64,000 bases of DNA from an uncultured Alphaproteobacteria bacterium (GTDB taxonomy: Bacteria > Pseudomonadota > Alphaproteobacteria > Rhizobiales > Xanthobacteraceae): assembly GCA_963742665.1 (NCBI GenBank), contig CAVUNH010000020.1, forward strand, positions 22,188 to 86,187, written 5' to 3'. The position numbers and the translations under genes were made by a program. The notes under the pieces were generated by a model. That model made no database searches. It worked only from the letters and a program-made list of their open reading frames with translations, and was not told the DNA's origin. This document shows positions 44,474-55,159 of the stretch, one piece after another; within the stretch, counting starts at the first letter, position 1, and the number at the start of each line of letters is the position of its first letter.

Positions 44474-45040
44474 ATGGCCAAGCGCGCGGTCAAGGCCGCC
44501 AGGAATATGGAGGCAGGTGTGCCGGTTCCTGCAGGCAATCTGCAGGCAAGTCCGGACCGCGTTGCGGACCACCTCAACAACCGGATCTTCTTTCGCCTGT
44601 TTCAGGTCGCCAACACCCTGCAGCGTCAGGCAGTCAAGGAGCTTGGCGTGACCACCGTGCAGTGGGCCGTGCTGGGCGCGCTGTCGGATCCGCGTCCCAC
44701 CTACGGGATGGCGGTGGGCACGTTGGCCGACTTCCTGGTCGTCAGCCGCCAGAATCTCGATGGCGTGCTGAAGCGGCTCGAACGTGACGGCCTGGTCGAG
44801 CGCGTCGCAGACAAGGAAGACAAGCGCGCGCGCGTCGTCAAACTCACCCCGGAAGGCTTTGTGTTCTGGAACGGATTGCGGCAGCGGATCTTTCAGTTCT
44901 ACGATCAGGCCGTCAGCAAGTTTCGTTTCGACGATCGGGTAGCACTTGCCCATTACCTCAATGAGCTGCAACGGCAGCTGCTTCAGGTTCGGCTGGAGAC
45001 CCCGCGGCGCGCGCGCGGCAAGGCCAAGCAGCGCCCCTGA
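44474..45040 (+). CDS. MarR-family (BadR-like) regulator 2
   Basis: NRIFFRLFQ..QWAVLGALS..VSRQNL..LKRLERD. Confidence 0.87.
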   Translation: MAKRAVKAARNMEAGVPVPAGNLQASPDRVADHLNNRIFFRLFQVANTLQRQAVKELGVTTVQWAVLGALSDPRPTYGMAVGTLADFLVVSRQNLDGVLKRLERDGLVERVADKEDKRARVVKLTPEGFVFWNGLRQRIFQFYDQAVSKFRFDDRVALAHYLNELQRQLLQVRLETPRRARGKAKQRP

Positions 45041-45166
45041 CGGGTTTTCGGCTGCTGGCGGCACGCAAGAGATATCGAACAACGTTTGCGCATAGACTTC
45101 CGTGCGCCAGGTCGCTACTGCGCTTGCTTCTGTTTCGATCGAGCAGGCCTGTCAGACGCAAAGAGG

Positions 45167-46138
45167 TTATTCCCCGGTGCCGTCAGTTTGGCTCCAGAAC
45201 TGGGGCCGGTCCATGCGACCCACCATCCGGCCATCGGCGACGGCTTTCGTCAGTTCAACGCGCACGCGCCGCGCCAGCTCTCGCATGGCGAGGGTCGTCG
45301 GGCGCTGCAGGGAATAAGCCAACATGAATCTCTGACTGAGCACCGGTTCAACAAGTCGACGAAATGCAAAATCCTCGTTGCCGATTTCCGGCAGGATGAC
45401 CCCATGCGGAAGCACCGTGAAGCCGTGCCCCTCCTTGACCAGCTTTTTGAGCGCGCTGAGTGCGTCGACTTCGGCCTTGATATTGAACTCGAGACCAAGA
45501 CGCTGCATCGCACCGTCGAGCTCCCTTCTCAATCCGTGATTCCTGCCTACCAGCAGAAGCGGTAGCTTCACGAGATCGGGCGTCCTGAACGTTTCCTGGC
45601 CTGGTGCGATCGCATCGATGTCGCTCTTGCGGCCGAACAGGAGAAGGTCCACTTCGAGGAGGGGGTCCATGCGGATGTACGGCGACTTGCGCGCATTGTT
45701 GATCACGGCCATATCGATTCGACCCGCCGCAAGCCATTCGTTGACAAAGCCCGACAGGCCGTCGACGAGGTGCAGCTTGACCTGCGGATAATGCTCGAAG
45801 AACACGCTGACGATTTCCGCGCCAATCGCCGAACTCATGGATGGCGGCATCCCGAAGGAAATCTCGCCGGCCGGAACTTTTGCGGCATCGCGAAGGTCGG
45901 ACGTTATCTGCGACAGCTCTTGAAGCAGCGGCACGATCGAGGCATGAAACTGAGCACCTTCTTCCGTCACGCGAATGCCACGGCCGTGACGGTAGAAGAG
46001 CTGCACACCCAGCTCTTCCTCCAATTGTCTGATCTGGCGGCTGAGCGCCGACTGCGTGACGCCGATAACGCTTGCCGCCTTTGACACCGACCCGCTTTCG
46101 GTGACCTTCAGGAAGTATTGTAGTTGGCGGAGTTCCAA
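45167..46138 (-). CDS. LysR-family regulator
   Basis: LRQLQYF..GSVSKAA..TQSALSRQI; TTG start. Confidence 0.9.
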   Translation of the reverse strand: MELRQLQYFLKVTESGSVSKAASVIGVTQSALSRQIRQLEEELGVQLFYRHGRGIRVTEEGAQFHASIVPLLQELSQITSDLRDAAKVPAGEISFGMPPSMSSAIGAEIVSVFFEHYPQVKLHLVDGLSGFVNEWLAAGRIDMAVINNARKSPYIRMDPLLEVDLLLFGRKSDIDAIAPGQETFRTPDLVKLPLLLVGRNHGLRRELDGAMQRLGLEFNIKAEVDALSALKKLVKEGHGFTVLPHGVILPEIGNEDFAFRRLVEPVLSQRFMLAYSLQRPTTLAMRELARRVRVELTKAVADGRMVGRMDRPQFWSQTDGTGE

Positions 46139-46310
46139 GACTGCAGCCTCCCGTCAGGCACGCCCTCGTTTTTGACCAGCGCCCATCACTCCGGACAGAG
46201 TCATGATGAGGACTATGCCTGATTTCCACGCCCGGACCAACTTGCGCCAGGCGAGGCGGCATCCTCCCGCACATTCTGTGCGGGATTTTGGCCATCGTGA
46301 AAGCGCGAGT

Positions 46311-47225
46311 TCAGTCCTCGATTTCCCGTGGTTGAGCGAAGGTGGCCTGCAACTGGGCCGATAACGGGAGCTGCAAGTTCAGGCCTTTTGGCGGGATCGG
46401 CTGCTCGAACCATTTCTTGTAGAGGCTCGCGGCCTCGCCACTTTTGAACATTGCGGCCAATGCAGAATTCACGGCGTCCTTGAAGGCAGTATCGTCACGT
46501 CGGACCATCAGCCCGTACGGCTCGCTCGACAGCGGATCCGGCAACACAAAAAAATCGTCCGGCGCCTTGGCATTTGCCCGCAGGCCATAGAGCAGGACGT
46601 CGTCGTTCGATACGGCATCGGCGCGTCCGGTTTCCATCATGAGGAATCCTTCGGCGTGATCCTTGCTGCTCGGCAGGCGGAAGTCGAGATTGTGCTTGTC
46701 CGAGAGGCTCTTCATGACGTGGATCGTGGTGCCGCCGGATGTCGTCACCACGCTCTTTCCCTTCAGATCCTGGAACGACTTGATGCCGCTCGCCTTGGGA
46801 ACCATGATCTTCACGGCTGCGAAATAAAACGGATAGCTGAAGGCAACCTGCTTGCGACGTTCGCTATTGTTCGTCGTCGAGCCGCACTGGAGATCAACCG
46901 TTCCGTTCGCGACCAGCGGAATACGCGTCGCCGATGTTACGGGGACGCGCTGGATTGCAAGATCGGCAAGGCCGAGTTTTTTCTTGATGGCGTCGGCGAT
47001 CCCAAGACATAGATCAACCGAGTAGCCCACCGCCTGCTGGTTGCCGTCCAGATACGAGAACGGTATCGACGTTTCCTGTACACCGAGAGCGATTGTTTTG
47101 GTCTCGCGGATTTTATGAAGCGTGCCCGAAAGATCTTGTGCCTTCGCCGGCAGGGACAAGACGGCACTGGCCGCCACGAGTGCGGCTGCAAATATTTTCA
47201 CGGTGAGGATCCTTTCCGATCTCAA
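46311..47225 (-). CDS. GltI-like amino-acid ABC substrate-binding protein (orphan)
   Basis: SIPFSY, TRIPLV.NGTVDLQCGSTTN, EPYGLM; no cognate permease nearby. Confidence 0.85.
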   Translation of the reverse strand: MRSERILTVKIFAAALVAASAVLSLPAKAQDLSGTLHKIRETKTIALGVQETSIPFSYLDGNQQAVGYSVDLCLGIADAIKKKLGLADLAIQRVPVTSATRIPLVANGTVDLQCGSTTNNSERRKQVAFSYPFYFAAVKIMVPKASGIKSFQDLKGKSVVTTSGGTTIHVMKSLSDKHNLDFRLPSSKDHAEGFLMMETGRADAVSNDDVLLYGLRANAKAPDDFFVLPDPLSSEPYGLMVRRDDTAFKDAVNSALAAMFKSGEAASLYKKWFEQPIPPKGLNLQLPLSAQLQATFAQPREIED

Positions 47226-47530
47226 TGCTGGTCCGGGATCGGGCTGCGTTCAGATGTGCGTCCCCACGCGCCGCCATCAAACGGTTGACAATCGACGGTT
47301 GATTGTCTCGATCCGGAGCACCGGCAAGATGCTGCGGATGATCCGGCAGCTGAAGATCAGCGGTCGCGCTAGCAGCTATTCCGTTGACGAATGGAATGCC
47401 CTTGCGGTGATTACGTCTCCAACCTGCGCGAATATTGTCGTAGAAGAACCAGCCTGAGGACGTTTGTTCGGGCTGAACGCTCCGGCCGGTCCAGCCTTGC
47501 GGAGGCGATTGGCGACAAAAGATTAATGGA

Positions 47531-48527
47531 ATGAACGACTTAGACTATCGCTTTTCCGTGGCCCCCATGATGGACTGGACCGACCGGCATTGCCGCGTCT
47601 TCCACCGTCTGATGACGCGGCGCGCGCGGCTCTACACGGAGATGCTGACGACCGGGCGCCATCCTTCATGGCGACCGCAAGCGGCTGCTTGGCTTTGACA
47701 TCAGCGAGCATCCGGTGGCGCTGCAGCTCGGCGGCTCCGATCCGCGCGATCTCGCAGCCGCCGCCGAAATCGGCGAGGGGTTCGGCTATGACGAGATCAA
47801 CCTCAATGTCGGCTGCCCGTCCGACCGCGTGAAGGATGGCCGTTTCGGCGCCTGCCTGATGGCGGAGCCTGAACTGGTCGCCGAAGGCGTCGCGGCGATG
47901 AAGCGCGCGGTGAACATCCCGGTCACGGTCAAATGCCGCATCGGCATCGACGATCAGGATCCCGAGCTGGCGCTCGATGTGCTGGCGCGCGGCGTCATCG
48001 CGGCGGGCGCGGATGCGCTGATCGTGCATGCCCGCAAGGCCTGGCTCAACGGATTGTCGCCGAAGGAAAACCGCGACATCCCGCCGCTCGACTACGACAG
48101 GGTCTATCGGCTGAAGGCGGCAATGCCTGATGTGCCCATCATCATCAATGGCGGCATCGGCAGCCTCGCGGAAGCGAGGCACCATCTCGCGCATGTCGAC
48201 GGCGTGATGCTGGGACGGGCGGCCTATCAGGAGCCGTGGCGATTGCTCACGGTCGATGCCGATCTGTTCGGCGAGGCCGCGCCGCACGCCGGCATGAAGG
48301 ACGTGTTCGAGGCGATGATGCCCTACATCGAGGACCAGCTCGCGCAAGGCGCGCGGCTGCATTCGATGACGCGGCATTTCGTCGGCGCGTTTCACGGCGT
48401 GCCGGGCGCGCGGGCGTTCCGCCGCCATCTGGCCGAGAACGGCGTCAGGCAAGGCGCGGGCGTCGGTGTGCTGCGCGATGCCATCGCGCTGGTCGAGGAC
48501 CGCAAGATGGCTTCGATCGCCGCCTAG
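47531..48527 (+). CDS. dusA: tRNA-dihydrouridine(20/20a) synthase, indel near 47659
   Basis: [40 protein letters not shown]. Confidence 0.93.
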
Positions 48528-48572
48528 ACCGGCATCACGGCGCTAACCGCGCCGCGGCGCGCATGGTGCGTT

Positions 48573-50581
48573 TCACTGGCTGAGGGTTTTGGGTTCCACG
48601 ACCTCGAACATCACCTTGAACGTGTCCAGCATCGCCAGCAGTTCGTCGAGTTTTTGCGAATCGCCGTCGATCTTGACGAGGCCTGCCTTGACCGCGTCGG
48701 GGAACGTCGTGCGCTGCAGGCTCACCGCGTCGAGCGTGCCGCGCGCAAGGGTGACGGTGGCATCCGCGTTCGGTGCCTGCTTGCCCGTCACATAGGTCAG
48801 CGCCGAGTTCTCCAGCGTCATCACGAATTGCTGCTTTAAGTCGGTGAAGTTCCAGTTCAGGACCATGGTCTTGCCCTCGGCCTTGCCGGCATTCAGCCGC
48901 ACGCCGAGATAGTCGAAATACTGCTCATTGCTGATGGCCCGCAGCGTATCGGGATTTACGGTGCCGACCGCGGGAACCTTGGGTACGCCGTTGCGCAGCT
49001 CCATCGCGCCGACAAGATAGGCGTTACGCCAGACGGCAGATTCTGCCTGAAAACCAAGCTGCTCCAGCGCATCTGCGCCAAGCTCCCGTGCGGCGCGGTT
49101 GGTGGGTTCGGCGAACACCACCTGGTTCATCGCGGTCGCAACCCAGCGATACTCGCCTTTGGCAAAGTCGGCGCGGGCGCGTGCGATCACCGCATCGGCG
49201 CCGCCCATGTATTCAACTGGATTTGCGCGCGTTCTCGACCGGCGGCAACGGATTGAGGTTGGCCGGATTGGCGTCGTACCAGCCGAGATACTTCTGATAT
49301 ACGGCCTTGGCGTTTTGGCGCAACGTGCCGTAGTACCCCCGCGTCGACCATTCCTGCTCCAGGCTGGTCGGCATGCGCAGCGTCTCGGCGATCTCGGCCG
49401 GTGTGTAACCCTCATTCATCAGGCGCAAAGATTGATCGTTGATGAATTTATACATGTCACGCTGCTTCTTAAGCAGGTTGACCACGCGTGCTTGCCCTGC
49501 GACCGGCCAATGGTGCTGCGCAATGACGACGTCACTCTTGTCGCCGAAGGTTTCCAGAGCTTCGCTGATGTAACGTGACCACAGATTACCGTCGCGCACC
49601 TCGGCGCCACGGATGGGGTAGAGGTTGTGCATGGTGTGGGTCACGTCTTCGGCCATGTTGAGGACGCGGAACTGCGGAAAATACAGCAGCATTTCCGAGG
49701 GTGCTTCCGATCCGGGCGACGAGCTTGAAGACGATTTCGACGCCGTCGATCACACGCCTGTCCATGTTCTTGTCGATCGCGCCGGTCGGAGCGATCAGGG
49801 TGAACGCGCCCCGCGGACCCGCTTTGCCCAATCCGCCATCAACGTGGCCGCGCGGGCCCGGCGGCAGAAACACGCCGAACTGGTACTGCGCGCGACGGCT
49901 CATCGCCGTGCCCGCGATAATGGTCTCGCCGACCGCCGCTTCCATGAAACCGGCCGGCGCGAGAAGCTGCACCTTGCCGGCCGCCACGTCGGCCTCGCTG
50001 ACCACACCCTTGACGCCGCCGAAGTGGTCGGCGTGGCTGTGGGACAAGATCACCGTACCGACAGGCTTCTTCGGCCGGTGCTGATAGTAAAGCTCGAGCG
50101 CCGCACGCGCGGTCTCGGGCGTCGTCAGCGTATCGACGATGATCAGCGCGGTGTCGCCTTCGATGATCGTCATGTTGGACATGTCGAAACCGCGCACCTG
50201 GTAGACGCGATCGGTCACCTTGAACAGGCCGTGGATCGTGTTGAGCTGCGCCTGGCGCCACAGGCTCGGATTGACGCTGTCGGCGGTGGCTTCCTGTTTC
50301 AGGAAATCGTAGGGCTTCATGTTCCACACCGGGCGCGGTCCGGTCCCGGGCACCAGCGCATCGGGGATGGTGCCGACGAAGCCGCGCATCGCGTCCTCGA
50401 AGTCCTCGCGGTTCGCAAACGGCAGCGTCTTCGCCATTTCGGCATTCGCCGCCAGCGTTGCGGGTTCGGGCGCCTTGGTCGCGACCTGGGCTTGCGCGGA
50501 ATTTGCGCCGACGACAATCGTCAGGGCAAACCCGGCCGCGCGGCCAATCGATCGCAATGAACCGTCCGGCGTTCTCGACAT
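48573..50581 (-). CDS. SdsA/BDS1-like alkyl sulfatase (MBL fold plus dimerisation and SCP2 domains), indels near 49715 and 49220
   Basis: NPSLWRQAQLN, SHSHADHFGG, HNLYPIRGA, YLGWYDANP. Confidence 0.88.
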
Positions 50582-50922
50582 GGATTCCCCCTCCACAACG
50601 TCTCTATTCTTCATCACGGCAGTGCGATGTGGTTCGCCGGCGCCGCTTGCGGAACCGCCGACTACCATTTGGCGCAATTGGCTTGCGTTAAAGATTTGTA
50701 ATGCGCGCCGGGCCGCGCGCGTCACCGCGGCCTGCGGACCGCAGTCGCGTCAGTTGGGCCGTTAAATCATCAAGACTTTGAAACGAGTTAGGCGGAAGAC
50801 GAGGCAGTCGGCCGGCTTCCGGCGCTGTTCGCGTCGTTCGCTTTCATTTTTTCGTCATCGTGGCGCAGCTTGGCGATCGATCGATCGCGACCGGCTACCA
50901 CGCGGATGCAAATCGCATCGCG

Positions 50923-51495
50923 CTAGTCGGTCGCGGCGCGGTCGCGCCGATGGCGGCGTGGGGCATTGATACTGCCCGTGACGTCGGGATAGCCGTTCAG
51001 CATCAGCCGGTCGGCCTGCACGCCCCAGCTTTCCAGCCGGTCCAGAAAACTCATGCCGAGCAGATTGGTTTTCATCTGCCCGCGCGGCACCACCAGCGCC
51101 GGAACCGATTTCTCGACGAGATGACCGACGGCGAGGCGATCCAGCGTCAGCCGCGCCGCCTTGGTGTGACCGCCGGCGGTTTCGACGTCGACGTTGTATT
51201 CGAGCATCTCCAGCGGCAGTCCGATCGCCTTCGCGGTCTCCCAGGTCAGCACCACCGAGGTCGCGCCGGTGTCGATCACCATTGGCGCCTTGACGCCGTT
51301 GATCTTGGCGTGCAGCGCGAACTCGCCGGCCTGGCCGCGCGCGATCTGCACCGCGGGCGCCGGTTCGACCGCGCGCCGCCGCAGCATCTGCGAAACCTGG
51401 TCGCTGGCGCGCGCGATCTGCTCGGGATCGCCATAGGCGACCACGGCGCCGGCGGTGGCGGCAAGCATCAGCAGGACGAGCAGGAAGCGGCTCAC
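50923..51495 (-). CDS. TIGR02281 clan AA aspartic protease
   Basis: VIDTGAT, LLGMSFL; N-terminal anchor. Confidence 0.88.
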   Translation of the reverse strand: MSRFLLVLLMLAATAGAVVAYGDPEQIARASDQVSQMLRRRAVEPAPAVQIARGQAGEFALHAKINGVKAPMVIDTGATSVVLTWETAKAIGLPLEMLEYNVDVETAGGHTKAARLTLDRLAVGHLVEKSVPALVVPRGQMKTNLLGMSFLDRLESWGVQADRLMLNGYPDVTGSINAPRRHRRDRAATD

Positions 51496-51526
51496 TGCGC
51501 GCCTCCATGCGCCGAAGGTTGATCGA

Positions 51527-51739
51527 TCAGTCGGCCTTGGCCTGCGGCGGCGGCGACGCCATCTGCGCCAGTCCCGCCTCCGCCATGCGCGCCGGCAATC
51601 CGTCCATGACGGCCAGCCGCTCCGCGCGCTCCATCCGGTGCCAGCGCGCGATTTCCGGCAGCGTTCGGCCGCAGCCGAAGCAGAGGTTGGTCTTGGGGTC
51701 CATCATGCAGACGGCGATACACGGCGTTTCTTTGCTCAT
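51527..51739 (-). CDS. DUF1289 family protein
   Basis: TPCIAVC..CFGCGRTLPEIARW. Confidence 0.85.
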   Translation of the reverse strand: MSKETPCIAVCMMDPKTNLCFGCGRTLPEIARWHRMERAERLAVMDGLPARMAEAGLAQMASPPPQAKAD

Positions 51740-51784
51740 CCGGGGAGTGTGAAATGCTTTCGGTGGTTTGTGCAAGTGATCGCA

Positions 51785-53389
51785 TCACAGGCCGGTCCCC
51801 GCGCTCATGATCGGTTTGCTGCGGGCGCGCCGCCTGTCTTCGGCGGACGCGGTGATCGCGGTTTCCGGCTGCAGCGGCGGGGCTTCCTCGGCCATCGGCG
51901 CCAGCGCCGACATCACGCGCTCCGGCGGGAAGGTGACGATCACCTCGGTGCCGATCCGCAGCTTCGATTTCAGCGTGAAGGTGCCGCCGTGCATGTCGAT
52001 CAGGCTTTTGGCGATCGGAAGTCCAAGGCCTGCGCCTTGCTCGGCCGACTTGATCGAGTTGGAGCCCTGGCCGAACGAGGCCAGCACGATCGGGATCTCG
52101 TCCTCGGCAATGCCGGAGCCGGTGTCCTTGACGCTGAGATATTGCCCGCCGGATGCGGTCCAGCCGACCTTGAGCCAGATCTCGCCGCCCTGCGGCGTGA
52201 ACTTGATCGAGTTCGACAGCAGGTTGAGCACGATCTGGCGGGTGGCGCGCTCATCGCCCCAGATCCGCGGCATGCCCTGTTCGAACACTTCGTGGATGGT
52301 GATGCCGCGGCTGGTGGCGCGCAGTTTCAGCAGGTGATGGCAGTCGGCGACGACATGCACCAGCGACACCGCTTCCTCGTTCAACTCGTAGCGGCCGGCC
52401 TCGATCCGCGACAGGTCGAGGATCTCGTTGATGAGGTTGAGCAGGTGCACGCCGGAGTTATGGATATCGGCGGAATATTCCTTGTAGACCGGCACGGTAT
52501 GCGCGCCGAAAATTTCGCTCTTCATCACCTCGGAAAACCCGAGAATCGCATTCAGCGGCGTGCGCAGTTCGTGGCTCATCTGTGCCAGGAAGCGCGACTT
52601 GGCGACGTTGGCGGATTCGGCGCGATGCCGCGCCTCGTCGGAGATCGCCTTGGCCTGCTCGAGTTCGCCGATCAGCGCGTCCTTTTCGGCGCGCGCTTCC
52701 AGCGTCGCCAGCGTCGTCGAATGCAGCCGGTGGGCGAGCAGCGCGAAATAGGCTTCGGCGGCAAGGGCCAGCAGCGCGAGCACGTAATTGTCGAAGGTGC
52801 CGCCGAGCACGAAATTGATCGCGATCGCCGCCGTCACCGGCGCGGTTGCCGCCAGCGCTGCGATCGGCAGGCTGGCCGCCAGCATGCTCGACACCGCGAT
52901 CACCAGCAGCATCAGGAACATCAGCATCGTGTTCGACACGACGTCGAGGCCGGCGGGGTGGATCAGGATCGCGGTCCAGCACAGGCCGTAGAGCAGGTCG
53001 AGCAGCACAAACCGCGTCCGCCATTTGCGCGTTGCGGCGAGCGAGGGCTGTTCGGCGAGGAACCGGCCGCAATTGCGGATGATGGCGGCGTGGATGCAGA
53101 GCATGCCGACGGTCCAGGCCGCCGCCGTGACCGACTGCATCCAGAGGCCGAACAGGATGCCGCTGGCAACTACCAGCAGCATTACGACATAGGAGGCCGA
53201 GATCCGGGTCTGGGCATATTGCCGGAGCAATTCGCTGTCGAAGGCCGGGCGGGTCCCGCTGGTCGACGTTAACCGGTCGCGGGCCTCGCGCACCCGCTGC
53301 GCCGCGGCGCGCCGGCTATTGACCGGCGCTGCGATCGGCGTTTCGGCCGGAAGCTGAACAACCTCAGGCTTTTCTGCGGGATTACTCAT
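51785..53389 (-). CDS. Membrane sensor histidine kinase, PleC/DivJ-homolog type
   Basis: FLAQMSHELRTPLNAILGFSE; N/G boxes; about 6 transmembrane segments. Confidence 0.9.
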   Translation of the reverse strand: MSNPAEKPEVVQLPAETPIAAPVNSRRAAAQRVREARDRLTSTSGTRPAFDSELLRQYAQTRISASYVVMLLVVASGILFGLWMQSVTAAAWTVGMLCIHAAIIRNCGRFLAEQPSLAATRKWRTRFVLLDLLYGLCWTAILIHPAGLDVVSNTMLMFLMLLVIAVSSMLAASLPIAALAATAPVTAAIAINFVLGGTFDNYVLALLALAAEAYFALLAHRLHSTTLATLEARAEKDALIGELEQAKAISDEARHRAESANVAKSRFLAQMSHELRTPLNAILGFSEVMKSEIFGAHTVPVYKEYSADIHNSGVHLLNLINEILDLSRIEAGRYELNEEAVSLVHVVADCHHLLKLRATSRGITIHEVFEQGMPRIWGDERATRQIVLNLLSNSIKFTPQGGEIWLKVGWTASGGQYLSVKDTGSGIAEDEIPIVLASFGQGSNSIKSAEQGAGLGLPIAKSLIDMHGGTFTLKSKLRIGTEVIVTFPPERVMSALAPMAEEAPPLQPETAITASAEDRRRARSKPIMSAGTGL

Positions 53390-53490
53390 TAAACAACACA
53401 AATCCTGCCCGCGAACCGCGCGGGCTTTTTGCATTGTCTATCTGTGGGCCCAAATCCTTAAGCGATGACTTAAAGAGCTAAAGAATCACG

Positions 53491-53505
53491 TTAACGGGGG
53501 GTTAA
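53491..53505. promoter_or_regulatory. CtrA box TTAA-N7-TTAA
   Basis: TTAAcggggggTTAA ~100 bp upstream of the kinase. Confidence 0.65.
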
Positions 53506-53537
53506 ATTACCGCGCGGCGCACGCGTGGCATCGGGGC

Positions 53538-54457
53538 TCAGCCGTTGCCGAGCCGCGCTTCGCAGCAGGGGCTAGCGAGGCGTGCTCGCGTCAGCGCTTA
53601 GCGCGCAGCGGCCGCGATCCCAGCGCTTGCCACCCATCTTCTCGACCTCGGAGTAGAATTGATCGACCAGCGCGGTCACCGGCAGGTTGGCGCCGTTGCG
53701 GCGGGCCTCGGCGATGGCGATGGAGAGGTCCTTGCGCATCCATTCGACCGCGAAGCCGAAATCGAACTTGTTGTCGTTCATGGCCTTGTAGCGGTTGTCC
53801 ATCTGCCAGGACTGCGCCGCGCCCTTGGAGATGGTCTCGACCACCGCATTCACGTCCAGGCCGGACTTTTTCGCGAAATGGATGCCTTCTGACAGGCCCT
53901 GGACCAGTCCCGCGATGCAGATCTGGTTGACCATCTTGGTCAGTTGCCCGGAGCCTGCGGGCCCCAGCAGCTTGCACATCCGCGCATAAGCGCCGGCGAT
54001 GATGGGCTCGGCGCCGGCATAGGCGTCGGCGCGCGCCACCGCACATCACGGTCAGGATGCCGTTTTCCGCGCCGGCCTGGCCGCCGGACACCGGCGCGTC
54101 GATGAATTTGAAACCCGCTTTGGTCGCGGCGGCGTCGAGTTCGCGGGCAACATCTGCGGACGCGGTGGTGTGATCGACGAAGGTCGCTCCCTTCTTCATG
54201 CCGGCGAAGGCGCCGTCAGCGCCGAACGCGACCGCGCGCAAATCATTGTCGTTGCCGACGCAGCACATCACGAAATCCTGACCCTCGGCGGCGGCCTTCG
54301 GCGTCGGCGCCGCGCGACCGCCGAACTTGTCGGCCCAATCCCTGGCCTTGGCCGCGGTCCGGTTATAGACGGTCACCTCATGGCCGCCCTTTTTCACCAG
54401 ATGGGCTGCCATCGGGAAACCCATCACGCCGAGACCGAGAAAAGCGACTTTAGCCAT
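53538..54457 (-). CDS. 3-hydroxyisobutyrate/tartronate-semialdehyde reductase family oxidoreductase; indel near 54035 and garbled 3' end
   Basis: FLGLGVMG, DAPVSGG, KMVNQ; the expected tail ..WD(TSS)LLARLGNG* is recoverable to the TGA at 53538. Confidence 0.85.
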
Positions 54458-54646
54458 GTATTCAACCTTGTTTGTTTCTTGGGGTTTTGCCGGCCCTGAA
54501 AAGGGCCAGGCGGTGTTCTGGAGGCGGGGAGGCGGCACCATAAAGCCTGCGCCATGAAGGGCAACGGCTTCGTTTGGCTGACAGGGCCAGTTTTGTGCTA
54601 GGGTCGGAGCGTTCTAAGAACCTCACAAAAAAGGGAGTGAGATCGC

Positions 54647-55084
54647 ATGGGCGTCAGCGTCGGCGTGCTCGATCATTTCAACATCCGGACCCGGAATCTC
54701 AGCGATACGGTCCGGTTCTACGAGGATGTCCTGGGCCTGGAAAAGGGCGCCCGGCCGAACTTCGCTTTTCCGGGAGCGTGGATGTACTCGGAAGGCAAGG
54801 CGGTGGTCCATCTGGTCGATATTTCCAAAACCGATGAGCCGCAAAAGCCGGATTCCGGCGTGGTCCATCACGTCGCCTTTGCCAGCACCGGCTTTGCCGG
54901 CATGCAGCAGCGGCTCAAGTCCAAGGCGATGGAATTCGACTCGCGCCAGGTTCCCGGCGGCGACCTCTGGCAGATCTTCGTCACTGACCCCAATGGCGTC
55001 ATGGTCGAATTGAACTACGAGGCCGCCAAGGAGGGCGGGGTGGTGGCCCCGGCCGAACGCCGGGACGACGTCGGAGCGAGGTAG
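54647..55084 (+). CDS. VOC/glyoxalase family protein
   Basis: LDHFNI, HHVAF, DPNGVMVEL. Confidence 0.88.
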   Translation: MGVSVGVLDHFNIRTRNLSDTVRFYEDVLGLEKGARPNFAFPGAWMYSEGKAVVHLVDISKTDEPQKPDSGVVHHVAFASTGFAGMQQRLKSKAMEFDSRQVPGGDLWQIFVTDPNGVMVELNYEAAKEGGVVAPAERRDDVGAR

Positions 55085-55110
55085 CCTTTTGCGCGGTAAC
55101 GCTCTAAGAG

Positions 55111-55146
55111 GGCCCGGTTCTGATGCAATCGGAACCGACAGGGCTC
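55111..55146. repeat. Hairpin gcccggttctgat..atcggaaccg..gggc (probable half of a rhizobial palindromic repeat)
   Basis: The inverted repeat is visible; the family link is from recall. Confidence 0.45.
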
Positions 55147-55159
55147 CAGGAGACATGCC

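Noticed and set aside
50688-50702. CtrA box upstream of the alkyl sulfatase
   Set aside because: The second half-site is imperfect (TTAA-N7-TAAT).
1885-54457. Frameshifted genes as pseudogenes or programmed frameshifts
   Set aside because: Indels also hit conserved genes (dusA, dadA), lack consistent slippery sites, and co-occur with garbled sequence; sequencing error is more likely.
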